Shown here in pieces: positions 51,756 to 64,000 of a DNA stretch of 64,000 nucleotides. Position 1 is the stretch's first letter, and each line of letters begins with the position of its first letter. The notes beneath the pieces were generated by a model, which saw only the letters and a program-made list of their open reading frames with translations, made no database searches and was not told the origin of the DNA. Origin of the DNA: Eledone cirrhosa (Eukaryota); contig OZ024745.1 of assembly GCA_964016885.1 (NCBI GenBank), forward strand, positions 121,086,001 through 121,150,000, given 5' to 3'. Both the position numbers and the translations under genes were made by a program.

Positions 51756-54222
51756 ATCTTTTACTCAATATTGTAAGAGATGATTAAAAGAGCTCTCTCA
51801 AAACATCCCATTCAAACCATACCAACATGGAAAAGTGGACATAAATACTGATGAGGGTGAGGAGAAATGGGTGAATGAGAAGAAGTCCACTTTGTCAACT
51901 GAACTCCTTGATTTCCTCCTACTTCATGTCAGGTGAGGGTTAGGGCAAGTGTCAACTCAAACCTTGTGAGTCAAATTTAGTTTACAGAAACTGTGTGGGA
52001 GCCTGGATGGATTATATCTGTAATTCATGTGAGAAGGCCAAAGATTTGGCTGTTATCTCTAGCAGGTTGAATGACCATGTAGAGTCTACCTCATTGGCTC
52101 CCTTATTATGGGTATAGATAATAGAGAGAGAGGTAGTGTCATTGTTTATTTGTTAAAATAAAAATTAAATATAAATTTCCATCTCAGATTTGCAATTTCT
52201 ACTCAGTTTTTGTAAAACTCAGAATTGAAACAACTGAAGGTCCAGTCAGAGGAAGTAGTCATTGTTTGCTGACCACAAATAACATTGGATACTGACAATG
52301 GGCTTTGTTCCATGTTCACTTGATGTTGTTTGTCTAGGCTTTACACTAAACAGTTGATATTGGTTGTCTAAGCTTTATAAAACTCAATTCTGGTTGTCTA
52401 GGCTTTACAAAAAAAAACAAAATAAAACAAAAAAAACATAAAAAAACCAGTTGATAATGGTTATTTAGGCTTCAGAAAAACACATTAGAGAATTAACTGT
52501 TAACTCTTAAACAATTAGAAAATAGACTATACAAGGGAACATAACTCTTCATGACTGTTTCACTTAATGTGATTAAAAAGTTTTTTTGTGATGTTTTGTT
52601 TATACTGTCATAGCATTGTATTCTCTGACTGCTAACATTTTCCCTGCTATATCTTCTTTATATGAAAATACATTAAATGGTGTATGTGTGTGATTTCTTT
52701 GTCTTCTTACATTTGACACTGTTAATGGTTCAGTAGTTTGGCAAAAAAATTAAAAAAAGAATTATGGATTGGCATCAAGGGTATCGGGCCTTGTTCAACC
52801 CATACTAGCAGGGAAAAAACTGAATGACCTCTTACATACGTTTCATAGTTGATTGGCTTAAGGACCTGACTCCAGCATCAATCTGCTTGTCAGATTTGGT
52901 GATTCCACAAAAAACATTGCTTTCTCCATAATATATGCACTCTGCCTGTGTGTTGAGTGCTCAAATTGGTAGCACCACCATTAAATCACTGATTCATCCA
53001 TCATCATTGTTATATTGTCCATTTTTGCCATGCTAGCATGGGTTTGATGGGTTGTGACATTATAAGACAAGTCAGGTCCAGAGAAGGATCTGTATTTTGG
53101 CTTGGATTCTACGACTGGATGCTTTTCCTAATACCAACCACGTAAGCAGTTATTCAAGTTAAGGCAGTTGATATAGTAGTCATTAGGGCATTGAATCTTT
53201 GTGATCTGAAATCAGATCTAGTTTGCCTTTCATCTTTTTGGAGTTGATAAAATACCAGCTTAGTACTAGGGCTGCCTTCTCTGCTTCCAGCCCACTACTA
53301 GGGCTGCCTTCTCTGCTTCCAGCCCAGTACTAGGGCAGCTTTCTCTCCTTCCAGTTGTCACATCATGGATGTTCTGCTGGAGCAAAAAAAGAAGTGTCAA
53401 GAGAGTGTCTATGTCCGCCTGCAACTATATAGGCATCTAAAACCTTTAGTGAAAGCATGGTATATGCCACCAGGTCATATCTGATTGCAATTGATGGCTG
53501 TGGGACATTAAATGTTAGAAATAACAATAACAAAGTTGTTGGAATGTTACATTAGAGCTGTTAAAAAATGGTACCCTGCTCTGACAGTTTCCTTAACCCT
53601 TTAGCATTTAAACTGGCCATATCTGGCCATATCTGGCCAGAACTCTCTCACCTCTTTCTGTTCAAACCAGCTGTAACTGGCCACTCGTATTAACATTAAG
53701 GTATTGTTCTCAATATAAATAACATCAAAATCTCATAGCTTTGATATTATGTAAGATAAAGCCAGTACCATGAAAATACAATAGTAAATATAGAGTAATG
53801 TAAATGCTAAAGGGTTAAATCTCCTTTTGACGAAATAAATTTATCCCCAAATTTTAATGATTAATTAAGCACCCCCAAAATAACATTCCAACATGTTTAT
53901 TATTATTATTGTTAACATTTAAAAAAAACCTGCCAGAGATGCTTCCATGTGAGCAAGACATGGTTTCCCGACCATACCCGCATCAAATGGAACAAAACCG
54001 TCTAACCCATGCTAGCGTGGAAGATGGACGTTAAACAACAATGATGATGATGATTTACTGGCCTATTTTCATTGTTGTAGCCCTCTAAAACACTATTTTC
54101 TACACTTTCCAAAATGCTTCAAGCAAACTACAACACTTTTTATAAGTTAATTCTGAACTTTTTTACCAATCTGTCTGAATGCCTTTTAGAGCTGAAAACT
54201 TTCTGTTTTGATTATTTTATAG

Positions 54223-54446
54223 GCAAAAAAATGAGTGAAGATGACCTAAACTCATTGATTGTTCACGCTCACACCCGCATTGATCAGTTACAGAAACAAC
54301 TTGCTAAACAGATTGCTCTGGAGCAAGAGAGATTCCAAGACGCTGTCTATGAACAGCGAGCAGATGATGCCAGATTAGCAGAATTGAGACTGAAGGATGA
54401 GATAGAATATACTAAGAAACAATTTGAAATTGAAAAGGGAAAATTA
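54223..54446 (+). CDS. IMMT: IMMT exon 11
   Basis: MSEDDLNSLIVHAHTRIDQLQKQLA is the conserved Mic60 DDLNSLIAHAHRRIDQL motif; attttatag acceptor, GTAAGT donor. Confidence 0.95.
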
Positions 54447-54922
54447 GTAAGTCTCCATTTAAAATACTTGTATATATATGTATATGTATGTGTAGCCGAT
54501 CTCTTGGACTTTTACAAAGCGCTGAGGGGATAAAGTTAATATAAAGTTAATGCACAGAGATGCTATTGTAGCGCCCAATGGCAACTTTTTCCGTCTTTAA
54601 GGGTCTTCACTCTACTTTATAAGCTATTTTATAGCATCTATGCACACAAGCACATCACTCTTTATATTAACTTTTTGTCAACATATAATGGTGTCATTTA
54701 AAGACAGGTATATTACTGATTAACCATTAATTAATTCCATTTATTTTATCACTTAATGAGGAATTTAAAATATACATGAATAGAAATATTTGACGTTTTT
54801 CTTTTTTTAGATAATGCAAATTTGAATATGAAAATTTATAATTATCTTAATGACGGTATCAGAAATGCCATAAAAATTGGTGCCACTTAATTTAAAAACA
54901 TTTAACACTTAAGGCTTATTAA

Positions 54923-56320
54923 CCCTTTAGTGTTCAAACCGGCCGAAATTATTTCCCCTTCATTTGTTCAAACCGCCCGAAACCGGCCGATAACACCCAC
55001 ACTAAAATATCGTTCTAAAAATAAACATACCATCATCAAAATTTCGTCAATTCGAGATTACTGCAAGATTAAGCCCTTACCACGAAAATTAACACTTAAC
55101 ATAGTGAAACAACTTAAAACATGTGTTTTTTTAATGTTGAAAGTAGAACAGATTTTTTGTGTATCAACATGGCTTGTGAAAGTAGTGATATTGACTTTGA
55201 AGGTTTTACACACGACGACATTCAGAATGAACAAGAAACAAGAGATAATATTAGTGATTTATCTTCAAATGAATCTAATGTTTATATTTCTGAAATTTCA
55301 TCTGACGATGATTGTTGTTTTGAAAGTGAAAACGAAGGAGATCTCCAGGACGCCATTGAAAATATTAGAGCAACGTGGTTGAAAAATACCACACCAATAT
55401 ATGTTCCCGATTTTATTCAAAATACTGGTCCACAACACACATTAGCTCCCGATGCTAAAGCACTGGATTATTTCTTTTTGTTTTTACCACAAACTTTCTT
55501 CGAAGTTGTGGCAGAAGAGATTAATCGATATGTCCAACAACAGATTTCAAATCGAGGAAAACCTGATCTGTTTGGCGACAGACAGATGCTGCGGAAATGC
55601 AAGCATTTTTTACCGTAAATATTATGTTTCGTATAAAACAATTTCCAAGACTGTGGAACTACAAGAGCACTGATATAAGGTTTAGTGATCCTTATATATC
55701 AAGTATTATGCCGAAAACAACGTATTTAAAATTAAACCAGTATTTGCACCTGGTTGATACTTCAAATGCCCCTATTAATTAATTTCACCTGCCCATAAAA
55801 GTCAAATTTGACCAAAAAAATCGGGTAAAATTATATAATTGTAAATTATTGATATTTAAACATTGACAAAATTTCAAGCCTGCACATAGAAAATTAAGAA
55901 AATTACCAACAAATAAAATTGATAACCCTCCTGAGTATGATTAACTCAAAATAATTATTTCTACTTTTGGCACAAAGCCAGCAATTACCCAGTGTATTAC
56001 TGGTACTTTATTTTATCGACCCCGTAAGGATGAAAGGCAAATGATTAAATCAAAATAATGCGAACAGATAAGCATGACATTTGAAAATGAATGCGAATGC
56101 TAAAGCATTTTACATTACTCTATATTATACTACTATATTTTCATGGTAAAGGCTTTACCTCACATAATTATCTCATATAATATTGAATCTACGAGATTTT
56201 TATATTATTTATTTTAAGAACAATACTGTAACATCAGTATGAGTGGCTGTTTACAGCCGGTTTGAACAGAAAGAGGTGAGAGAATTCTGGCCGGATACGG
56301 CTGGTTTAAACACTAAAGGG
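54923..56320 (+). mobile_element. piggyBac DNA transposon remnant (PGBD4-like transposase fragment 55169-55780) fused to a MITE
   Basis: TTAA|CCCTTTAGTGTTCAAACCGGCCG ... CGGCTGGTTTAAACACTAAAGGG|TTAA; MACESSDIDFEGF..F...TGP..ALDYFFLFL..EINRYV..EMQAFF..IM....YLKLNQYLHLVD, frameshifted and truncated before the DDD core. Confidence 0.85.
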
Positions 56321-58184
56321 TTAATTAGCAAGACATTTTTGTAAAGAACAAACAACACTATTACTGCATCACGTTAAAAATTGAAATCTTTTCATTAGCT
56401 TGCTGTATATTTTTACAGCAATCTATCCACTACTAAAGAGACTAGAGACATTTGAATTAATCTTTAGCATGCCAGAATTTTGTTTGAGTTGTTTCCCTTG
56501 ACACCCCAGATTAGATTGTAAATGATTAATGATTAATTATCAGTATATTTAATGTAAGTGATGTCAGAGTAGAGTATTTTCAACCTTAACAACATTCACT
56601 AACTATTTGAGCCACTGTGAAAACAACTATGTAGTTGCATGTGGAATTTCTTCAATACATTGCTATGATCATTAAAATAGAGAGACCATACATATGTTTG
56701 AAGTCTTAGGAAAGCTACAGCATGTCTAGTAAATGCTTTATTAGATATTTACCATCATATCTTGACAGAATTGATGAGGCTCACCTCCAAACAGATTACA
56801 TCCAGTAAATTTCTTATTTTGATCTAATTGTGAGAGATTCTAATAAGTTGTTTAACCCTTTAGCATTTAAATTGGCCATATCCAGCCAGAATTCTCTCAC
56901 CTCTTTTTGTTCAAACTGGCTGTAATTGGTTGCTTATACAGATGTTAAGGTATTGTTCTCAAAGTAAACAATATCAAAATCTCATAGATTTGATATTATG
57001 TAAGATAATTGTGTGAGGTAAAGCCTTTATTGTGAAAATATAATAGTAAATATAGAGTAATGTAAATGCTAAAGGGTTAACTTGCATCATATAGGGTTTA
57101 TTGTCTTATATATGTCTAACTCTGGTGGTACTGGTATGGCTAGAAAGGTAAGTATTAAGATGCAGCCAAATCTAATCTATTTTTTATCTTTAAATTCTAA
57201 TCTGTTATAAGAGCAATTTAGAATGATTATCTCTGAGATGCCCAGAGATCAGTGAATATATTATAAGATCATTTCAGAAGTATCAACTCTGGTACCCATA
57301 GATTAGTGATGTTGTAGGAGAGTGATAAAGGCTGATGAATAGTGAGAAATGAACAATAATCAGAATTAGTGTGTGTTTGTGTTCATTATTTACCAAACAT
57401 CTACCAAAATTCAACAAAATGTTTTAACATATAATGTCAAAATCAATACTCTTCCCAAATATATCAAGAAAATATATAAGGAATATTTTTATACCTTGGG
57501 AGGGTCATGCCGCCAATAAAAACACATGCACCTGTTGGTTTTCACTTCAATTTATTATAAATTTCCAGTTGGTTGGTTCAATAACTGGATGGTTGTTTAT
57601 ATATTTCTTTTTGCTAAAATAAGAATTTTCCCCATGTCCAAAAATATATAGAAGGCTTTTATTTTCTCTTATTTAAATTTCATATCTAGAATTGTTAGAA
57701 TATCAAAAAAGAAATTTCTTTTATTATGTAACATTTAATAACCCGTCGTGAAAGATAGGATGTCATGACAAAAGTTAGATTTGCCTCACTGCTCTGTTTC
57801 AGATGATACATGAAAAGGTGTGTATGTGCATGTATACATCAATATATTGAATATGTTGAATATTGTAATATAAAACAGGATCTCTACTACAGGGTGTTTA
57901 ATGTTATAAAGAAAACACTGTACCTTAGGTGTAAGCTGTTAGTGTTTTTTATTTAACCATAAGGTTAAAATTAATTATTTTTCACTGATTGACTAGCCTG
58001 ATCTGGCGATTGATGTGCACTGCATATTCAATCAGTAGTTCAATATATACCTACTCTGGGTTTCAATCTGATAGAAAATTGACCCCATCCAAGGTTAATA
58101 ACTAAAGACCTGAAATATATTAGAGAGAAAAAATGTCTGTTGTATTTGTTATCTACCATCAAATATTGAATTGGTTATGTTTGC

Positions 58185-58960
58185 GTTATAGTTAATTCAC
58201 TGTTTAAACAGAGCTGTCCAATTGTGTTATAGTTAACTCACTGTTTAAACAGAGCTGTCCAATTGTGTTATAGTTAATTCACTGTTTAAACAGAGCTGTC
58301 CAATTGTGTTATAGTTAACTCACTGTTTAAACAGAGCTGTCCAATTGTGTTATAGTTAACTCACTGTTTAAACAGAGCTGTCCAATTGTGTTATAGTTAA
58401 TTCACTGTTTAAACAGAGCTGTCCAATTGTGTTATAGTTAACTCACTGTTTAAACAGAGCTGTCCAATTGTGTTATAGTTAACTCACTGTTTAAACAGAG
58501 CTGTCCAATTGTGTTATAGTTAATTCACTGTTTAAACAGAGCTGTCCAATTGTGTTATAGTTAATTCACTGTTTAAACAGAGCTGTCCAATTGTGTTATA
58601 GTTAATTCACTGTTTAAACAGAGCTGTCCAATTGTGTTATAGTTAACTCACTGTTTAAACAGAGCTGTCCAATTGTGTTATAGTTAACTCACTGTTTAAA
58701 CAGAGCTGTCCAATTGTGTTATAGTTAATTCACTGTTTAAACAGAGCTGTCCAATTGTGTTATAGTTAACTCACTGTTTAAACAGAGCTGTCCAATTGTG
58801 TTATAGTTAACTCACTGTTTAAACAGAGCTGTCCAATTGTGTTATAGTTAACTCACTGTTTAAACAGAGCTGTCCAATTGTGTTATAGTTAATTCACTGT
58901 TTAAACAGAGCTGTCCAATTGTGTTATAGTTAACTCACTGTTTAAACAGAGCTATCCAAT
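58185..58960. repeat. 41-bp minisatellite, 19 copies, in IMMT intron 11
   Basis: Unit AATTGTGTTATAGTTAA(C/T)TCACTGTTTAAACAGAGCTGTCC, contiguous with no spacers. Confidence 0.97.
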
Positions 58961-59164
58961 AACAGCCACTCTCGCCCTTGTTATAAAAAAATGAAAATCC
59001 TGTTTGTGAAAAACTCCTGTCATTGTACTGCAATATATAACAGGATCTCTACTAAAAAATTCTTGTTTGCTGTTTTACCCTTTTAGTAGTCTTACTAATA
59101 GTAATAAGTAGTATTTAGACTTCATTGTTCATTCTGTTTGTTAGCTTATATTCAAATACTTCAT

Positions 59165-59203
<39 letters not shown>

Positions 59204-59515
59204 ATGGATGCTGTAAAAACCAGTTAGACCATTACCCACCAGAGTACTTGATACTTGGGATAGTAGACTGGGTAATATGAAAAATTTGGTACCTCGACGG
59301 CTGTTCAGATTTAGCTTTTGAAATGGTAGGAGCTCAGCTGTCGGTGACCCGAATTTTTCATATATATATTTATATATATGTGTGTGTGTATATATATATA
59401 TAGATATATATGTAACAACATCTGAAAAGAAAATGAAGCATTTGCCATTAACTTAGTTCATTGTTTGATAAAAATGTGAAATTTTATGGCTATATAAATA
59501 ATTATATTTTTCTAG

Positions 59516-59744
59516 ATGATGAAAGCTCAAATTGGGTTTGAGGAAGATTTACGAACACATTTAGCACGCCAGGCTGCAGCTCATAGTTGTCATTTGAAGG
59601 ATGTTTTGGATGTACAACAGAAAGAACTTGAGACAGAATTTGATAAAAGACTCAATATGAAAATTCTGGAAGAACGAGCCACATTCCAGACTGAGATGTC
59701 TGGTTGGATAGGCCGATTGAAAGGCATTGAAGCTGCAGTTGAAG
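59516..59744 (+). CDS. IMMT: IMMT exon 12
   Basis: FEEDLRTHLARQAAAHSCHLKDVLDVQQKEL...RLKGIEAAV, conserved RQAAAH..HL.DVL and RL.GIE motifs. Confidence 0.95.
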
Positions 59745-60295
59745 GTAAAACAGATCACACTTTTTCGTTTGGTCATTCTCTCTCTCTCTCTTCTTCTTCA
59801 CCCATTTATTCCTGTGAGGGTCGTGGGGACAGAGTCCCTAAACACTCCTTCCAGCGGGTCCTATCAGAAGCAACAGTCTCCAACTGATCCAGCTGGATCC
59901 TCAAATTATAATTTTCTTAGACCTTCCCTTATTTTAATTTAAAGTAGTCAGTCTTTAAGTTTCTTAGTTATTTACATAGTCTTGTTTTTCTACATCTAAC
60001 ATAGCCTGGACTGAGATTTTAAACATAGTTTTGTGTGTTTTAAGCAAATACTTTTCCTAGATGACTTTCTATTACCTATGAGTATTCCATTCTGATACCA
60101 GATTTACATATAGAAATGCTGAAATAAATACTGTTTTTCTCAAGGGTGCAGTGTAAGATATCTAGCTAAACTGAAACTCTTGGTTCTTAAATCTAAAATA
60201 TTTCAAATTTTCTGGTATTTCAAATGCTACGTTATAAATATGCTAATGAATGTTTTAATTGCAAATTGTAATGATTATTTCTTTTGTGTCTTTAG

Positions 60296-60915
60296 CTCGA
60301 GCAGAAACAGAAAAATTAGCTAAACAAGCTCAGGAGTTATGGCTGGCTTGTGTGGCTCTTAATGGTGTCATTCGACAGGGACGTAAGAATATATTATCAA
60401 ATGAAAACCCTTTGAAACCTTTGAAGAAAGAAATCAGAACAGTTACAGATGCTGGGCAGGACCATCCATTTGTGGCAACAATTTTAAATTCTATCCCTTC
60501 AGTGGCAATTGAACGTGGAGTTTGGACCGAGGATGCTCTGAAGGAGCGGTTCAGTAAAGTGAAAAAAGTGTGTAAAACTGTGGCCATGGTTGACTCCCCA
60601 GGAGAATCACTGTTTAAGTATCTTCTCTCCTATTTACAATCGTTTCTGATATTTGAAGCTGCATACGTTAAAGCAGAGAAGGATCTAGTAGATGTTGAAG
60701 AACTGAGCACGTTTGCCATATTAGCTAACGCCGACCATTATATTGAGAAAGGTGATATTGAGAGAGCTGTGCGCATTATGAATCAGCTACATGGCCAGTC
60801 GCGGTTTGTAGCATCAGACTGGCTTCAGGAAGCCAAACTGTTCCTCGAAACACGACAAGCTGCTGAGGCACTGATTGCATTTGCAGCAGCCCGAGGACTA
60901 GGACAGTTATTTTAG
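60296..60915 (+). CDS. IMMT: IMMT last exon (lipid-binding segments + mitofilin domain)
   Basis: AQELWLAC..RGVWTEDALKERF..SLFKYLLSYLQSFL..GDIERAVRIMNQLHGQSRFVASDWLQEAKLFLETRQ; TAG stop at 60913-60915. Confidence 0.96.
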
Positions 60916-63351
60916 GTTTGTAACTGATTTCATACTTGATCAGCCCTTATTTAATATAGATCATTGATGAGGTCATTCCTAGTTAAACAGAATTTAAAAA
61001 AATCGAACTACTTATGTGCATGTACTAATTACATGCACTTATATAGTCACATGTGTGCTGCTTTATATATGCATGTGTTATGTATGCATGCAGATATATA
61101 TGTATATACACATCGTTATCATTATTATCTAACATTTGTTCTCCCTCCTAGCAAGAGTTGGATGGGTTATTGCAGATGGGCCAGTGGGCTGCATCTTGCT
61201 TACACGTTCCCACTCTCTGTCTCTCTACAAGCTGTCCCAAGTACTTTTTATTGTGCCATCAACACTAGACGTAACTGATGAGTCTTCCTGGATCTTATGT
61301 TTGGCATGGCTTCTACAGTTGGATGTCTTTCCTATCACCAACCACTTTACAGCATGTACTGGCTGCATTTTTCGTGGCATCAACACTAGAGAGGTTGTCA
61401 TGTTGTGACTGAAGAGTCTTCACAATTTTACATATATTATATATGTGTGTTTGAGTGTGTATATATATGTGTGTGTGTATTCACGGGGCCATCAATCTCA
61501 TGGCCCCGTGAATACACAGATGAAACTACTACAGAGTAACAATACTCAAACTTGGCCTTAATAAAGAAAATATTAATCTCTACTATGGTATTGAGTACTC
61601 ATTGTTGCGGCCATCTTTACTAAGCACATATACACACATACATTTATATATATACGTTTATATTTATATATACATATATTATATGTATATATTTTCCAAT
61701 CCTTGATAGCAGGAAAAACATGTTAAATGGTAATGATAATGATATGTGTGTGTAAGTATATGTGTGTGTGTGTGTATATATATATATATGTGTGTGTATA
61801 TATATATACACACACATATGTAATCACATATAGGCTTTTCAGACTCTCAAGTGTGATGTTTGGAGTTCAAACCTCAATTTCAACTTGCCTTTTTCTCCAT
61901 CGTGTTTGGGTGTAAATAAAGCAATTATAAGCTCATCTCTCTCTTTTGAGGCTATATGGAAACTGCAGGAAACTATCTGAATAATGTGTGAACAGTTATA
62001 AGAGAATGCTTTAGTTTAAAAAAAAAAATTGTTTTAACAATATTGAATTATTGTTTAATAATCTCTTTTATTTTTTACGTATTTTCCAAAGACTGCACTA
62101 TGTTAGATCAATATTAATTTTACTTTAGCTTCAGGAAAAATAAAAGGGTGAAGTATAAAATTTCAAGTCACTACAAAATCAAAACAACTCCCACCATCTT
62201 TTTTTTAATGTTTTGTTTTGCTTCCAGTGATACTTTGTTTTCAAATGTGACTAAGATTGAAACTACAAACAGCAGACATCAGATTGCTATAATTTCAACA
62301 CTGTTTGTTGTTTCAATCTTAACTATATGAAAATATTGGTATACAATAAACCACATCTCCCTCTTTGTAAATTATGAAAACTTATTATATTAAATATATA
62401 TGTAGTGCCACAGAGTAAAAATAATACTGGTGGATCTTCTATATAGTTTCTTCCTTTTTTTTTTTTTAAGAATATTTATCGAACATTCTTGAACTGAAAG
62501 AAAATTATACATTTGCAAATAAAATCTGATTAAAAAATTTGTTTTTTGTCTTGCAAATTATTACACTTGAAAATTTTGTAATTAATCTTCTCGGCACTGC
62601 CAGCGACTGAAGGTGCTGATAGAGTAATCTCCCCTTAATACAATGCAATTTATAAAAACAACTCGGCCTCCAGAAGGTTAATAACATAATTCTCATATTG
62701 ATATTAAACTTGGTTTTTTTTCTTTCTTATTTTCATCTATTTAGAATTTATATCCTTTTAAAATTCACTTTTTAGTGGTCAAGTCTGAATGATTACCTCT
62801 GAACATCCTGTAATGATTTAGCAGAATATATCTAAAAGCAGTTTGTTAAAGCTTTAGCATTTAAACCAGCCGTATCAGGCCAGGATTCTCTCACATCTTT
62901 CTGATTAAACTGGCTGTAATCAGCTGCTCATACTTATGTTAAGGTATTGTTCTCAAAATAAATAATATCATCTCCTAAATTCGATATGTGATATAATTAT
63001 GTGAACTAAAGCCTTTACCATACAATAGTAAATATAAAGTAATGTGAATGCTAAAGGGTTAAAGTAGGTTTTTTTCTTTAATTTCATCTATTTAGAATTT
63101 AGTTCCTTTTAAAATTCACTTTTTAGTGGTAGAGACTGAGTGATTAACTCTTAACATCCTGTAATGATTTAGCAGAATATATCTAATAGCAGGTTTATTA
63201 ATTCAAATATTTATAGTATCTTTACTAGAGGAGAGATCATTGAAGAAATCTTTGTTTGTAGTACAAATAGGAAAATTTATTTCACAAAACACCAGAAACA
63301 ATTGTAAGTGATTAAACAGTTTTTAATGAAAGTTAATTTTCTTCAAATACG

Positions 63352-63388
<37 letters not shown>

Positions 63389-64000
63389 AAAGGCAAACAG
63401 AAATAACAAAGCAAACGACACAGTACAATGAAGAAATATATTAATAGTTTTACGCTTCATATAGTAGGAAAGGGGTCTTAACGTTTCAGATGCTAGTTCT
63501 TCATCAAAAGATAGAATGAGAAATTAAAGAAGACATAGAAAGAGTGAGGAGACTGGCAGGGTGGAAATGGAAAACAATTTTTCAGAGAAAAATAACAGGT
63601 CCATTCATATTGCTATCTCTTAGAAAACTGTTGATGCTAGCGTTTTGTGTACTATATGCTTGATTGAAAAGGTGGTGATCGAGCGTGTGTATGTATATGT
63701 ATGTATGTATGTATGTGTGTGTATATATATATATATATATATTGAATAAAGCGATAGGAAGCCGGAAAGATGAAATTCCTTTAAAGATTTTATTCTGCAG
63801 GCATTATATATATTTCAATGACCAGTAAGATTCCAGTGACATCATCAGGTGCATTGCATAACAGTTATAAAGGAAACAGTGAACACAGGTTGTGTACATG
63901 AAGACAAAAAAAAAAAGATTAAAATACTTGACTTGGGGGCAGCCTATGTCCAATCCGTTAGATTAACTGCCCCCATATATTTATAATACAGTATATAGAG

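Larger units (their letters stand above)
31316..60915 (+). other. IMMT: IMMT/Mic60 (mitofilin, MICOS subunit) gene span, 13 coding exons, ~733 aa
   Basis: join(31316..31354,38318..38403,40562..40771,41701..41758,43575..43614,47216..47410,48639..48778,49379..49476,50225..50360,51234..51360,54223..54446,59516..59744,60296..60915) = 2202 nt, all junctions GT-AG and phase-consistent. Confidence 0.92.
16764..63062. mobile_element. piggyBac-type MITE family (~200-230 bp), about 12 copies
   Basis: TTAA-CCCTTTAGCATT...AATGCTAAAGGG-TTAA. Forward copies at 16764-16979, 24541-24728, 27143-27348, 41014-41216, 42745-42809 (partial), 43143-43358, 43950-44150, 56101-56324. Reversed copies at 47441-47653, 53593-53818, 56852-57080, 62846-63062. 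Confidence 0.85.

Noticed and set aside
54930-55382. 150-aa ORF overlapping the piggyBac left end
   Set aside because: Starts inside the TIR and is out of frame with the transposase; no recognisable motifs.
58185-58960. CRISPR-like regular repeat with a palindrome
   Set aside because: Units are contiguous with no unique spacers, there are no cas genes, and it lies in a eukaryotic intron; it is a minisatellite.

Overview
AT-rich, repeat-dense animal genomic DNA with spliceosomal introns. The SINE/RTE repeat landscape suggests an octopod cephalopod (inference). Three intron-containing genes could be rebuilt by hand with phase-consistent GT-AG junctions. (1) A SIMC1/Nse5-like SUMO-interacting protein, + strand, join(8817..10167,18026..18237), about 520 aa. 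(2) MRPL35, - strand, join(31233..31206,29591..29387,27059..26696), 198 aa. (3) IMMT/Mic60 (mitofilin), + strand, 13 coding exons over 31316..60915, about 733 aa. MRPL35 and IMMT are head-to-head with only 82 bp between their start codons, and the same pair is head-to-head in human. Introns and intergenic DNA hold non-autonomous Helitrons, a piggyBac remnant with about 12 related TTAA MITEs, hAT and Tc1/pogo-like MITEs, RTE and CRE-like LINE fragments, a deleted Gypsy element, tRNA-derived SINEs, a 41-bp minisatellite, long hairpins and several minimal type-I hammerhead-ribozyme motifs. There is no CRISPR array or prokaryotic system. Most ORFs in the supplied track are spurious. All homology calls come from recalled motifs, not database searches.
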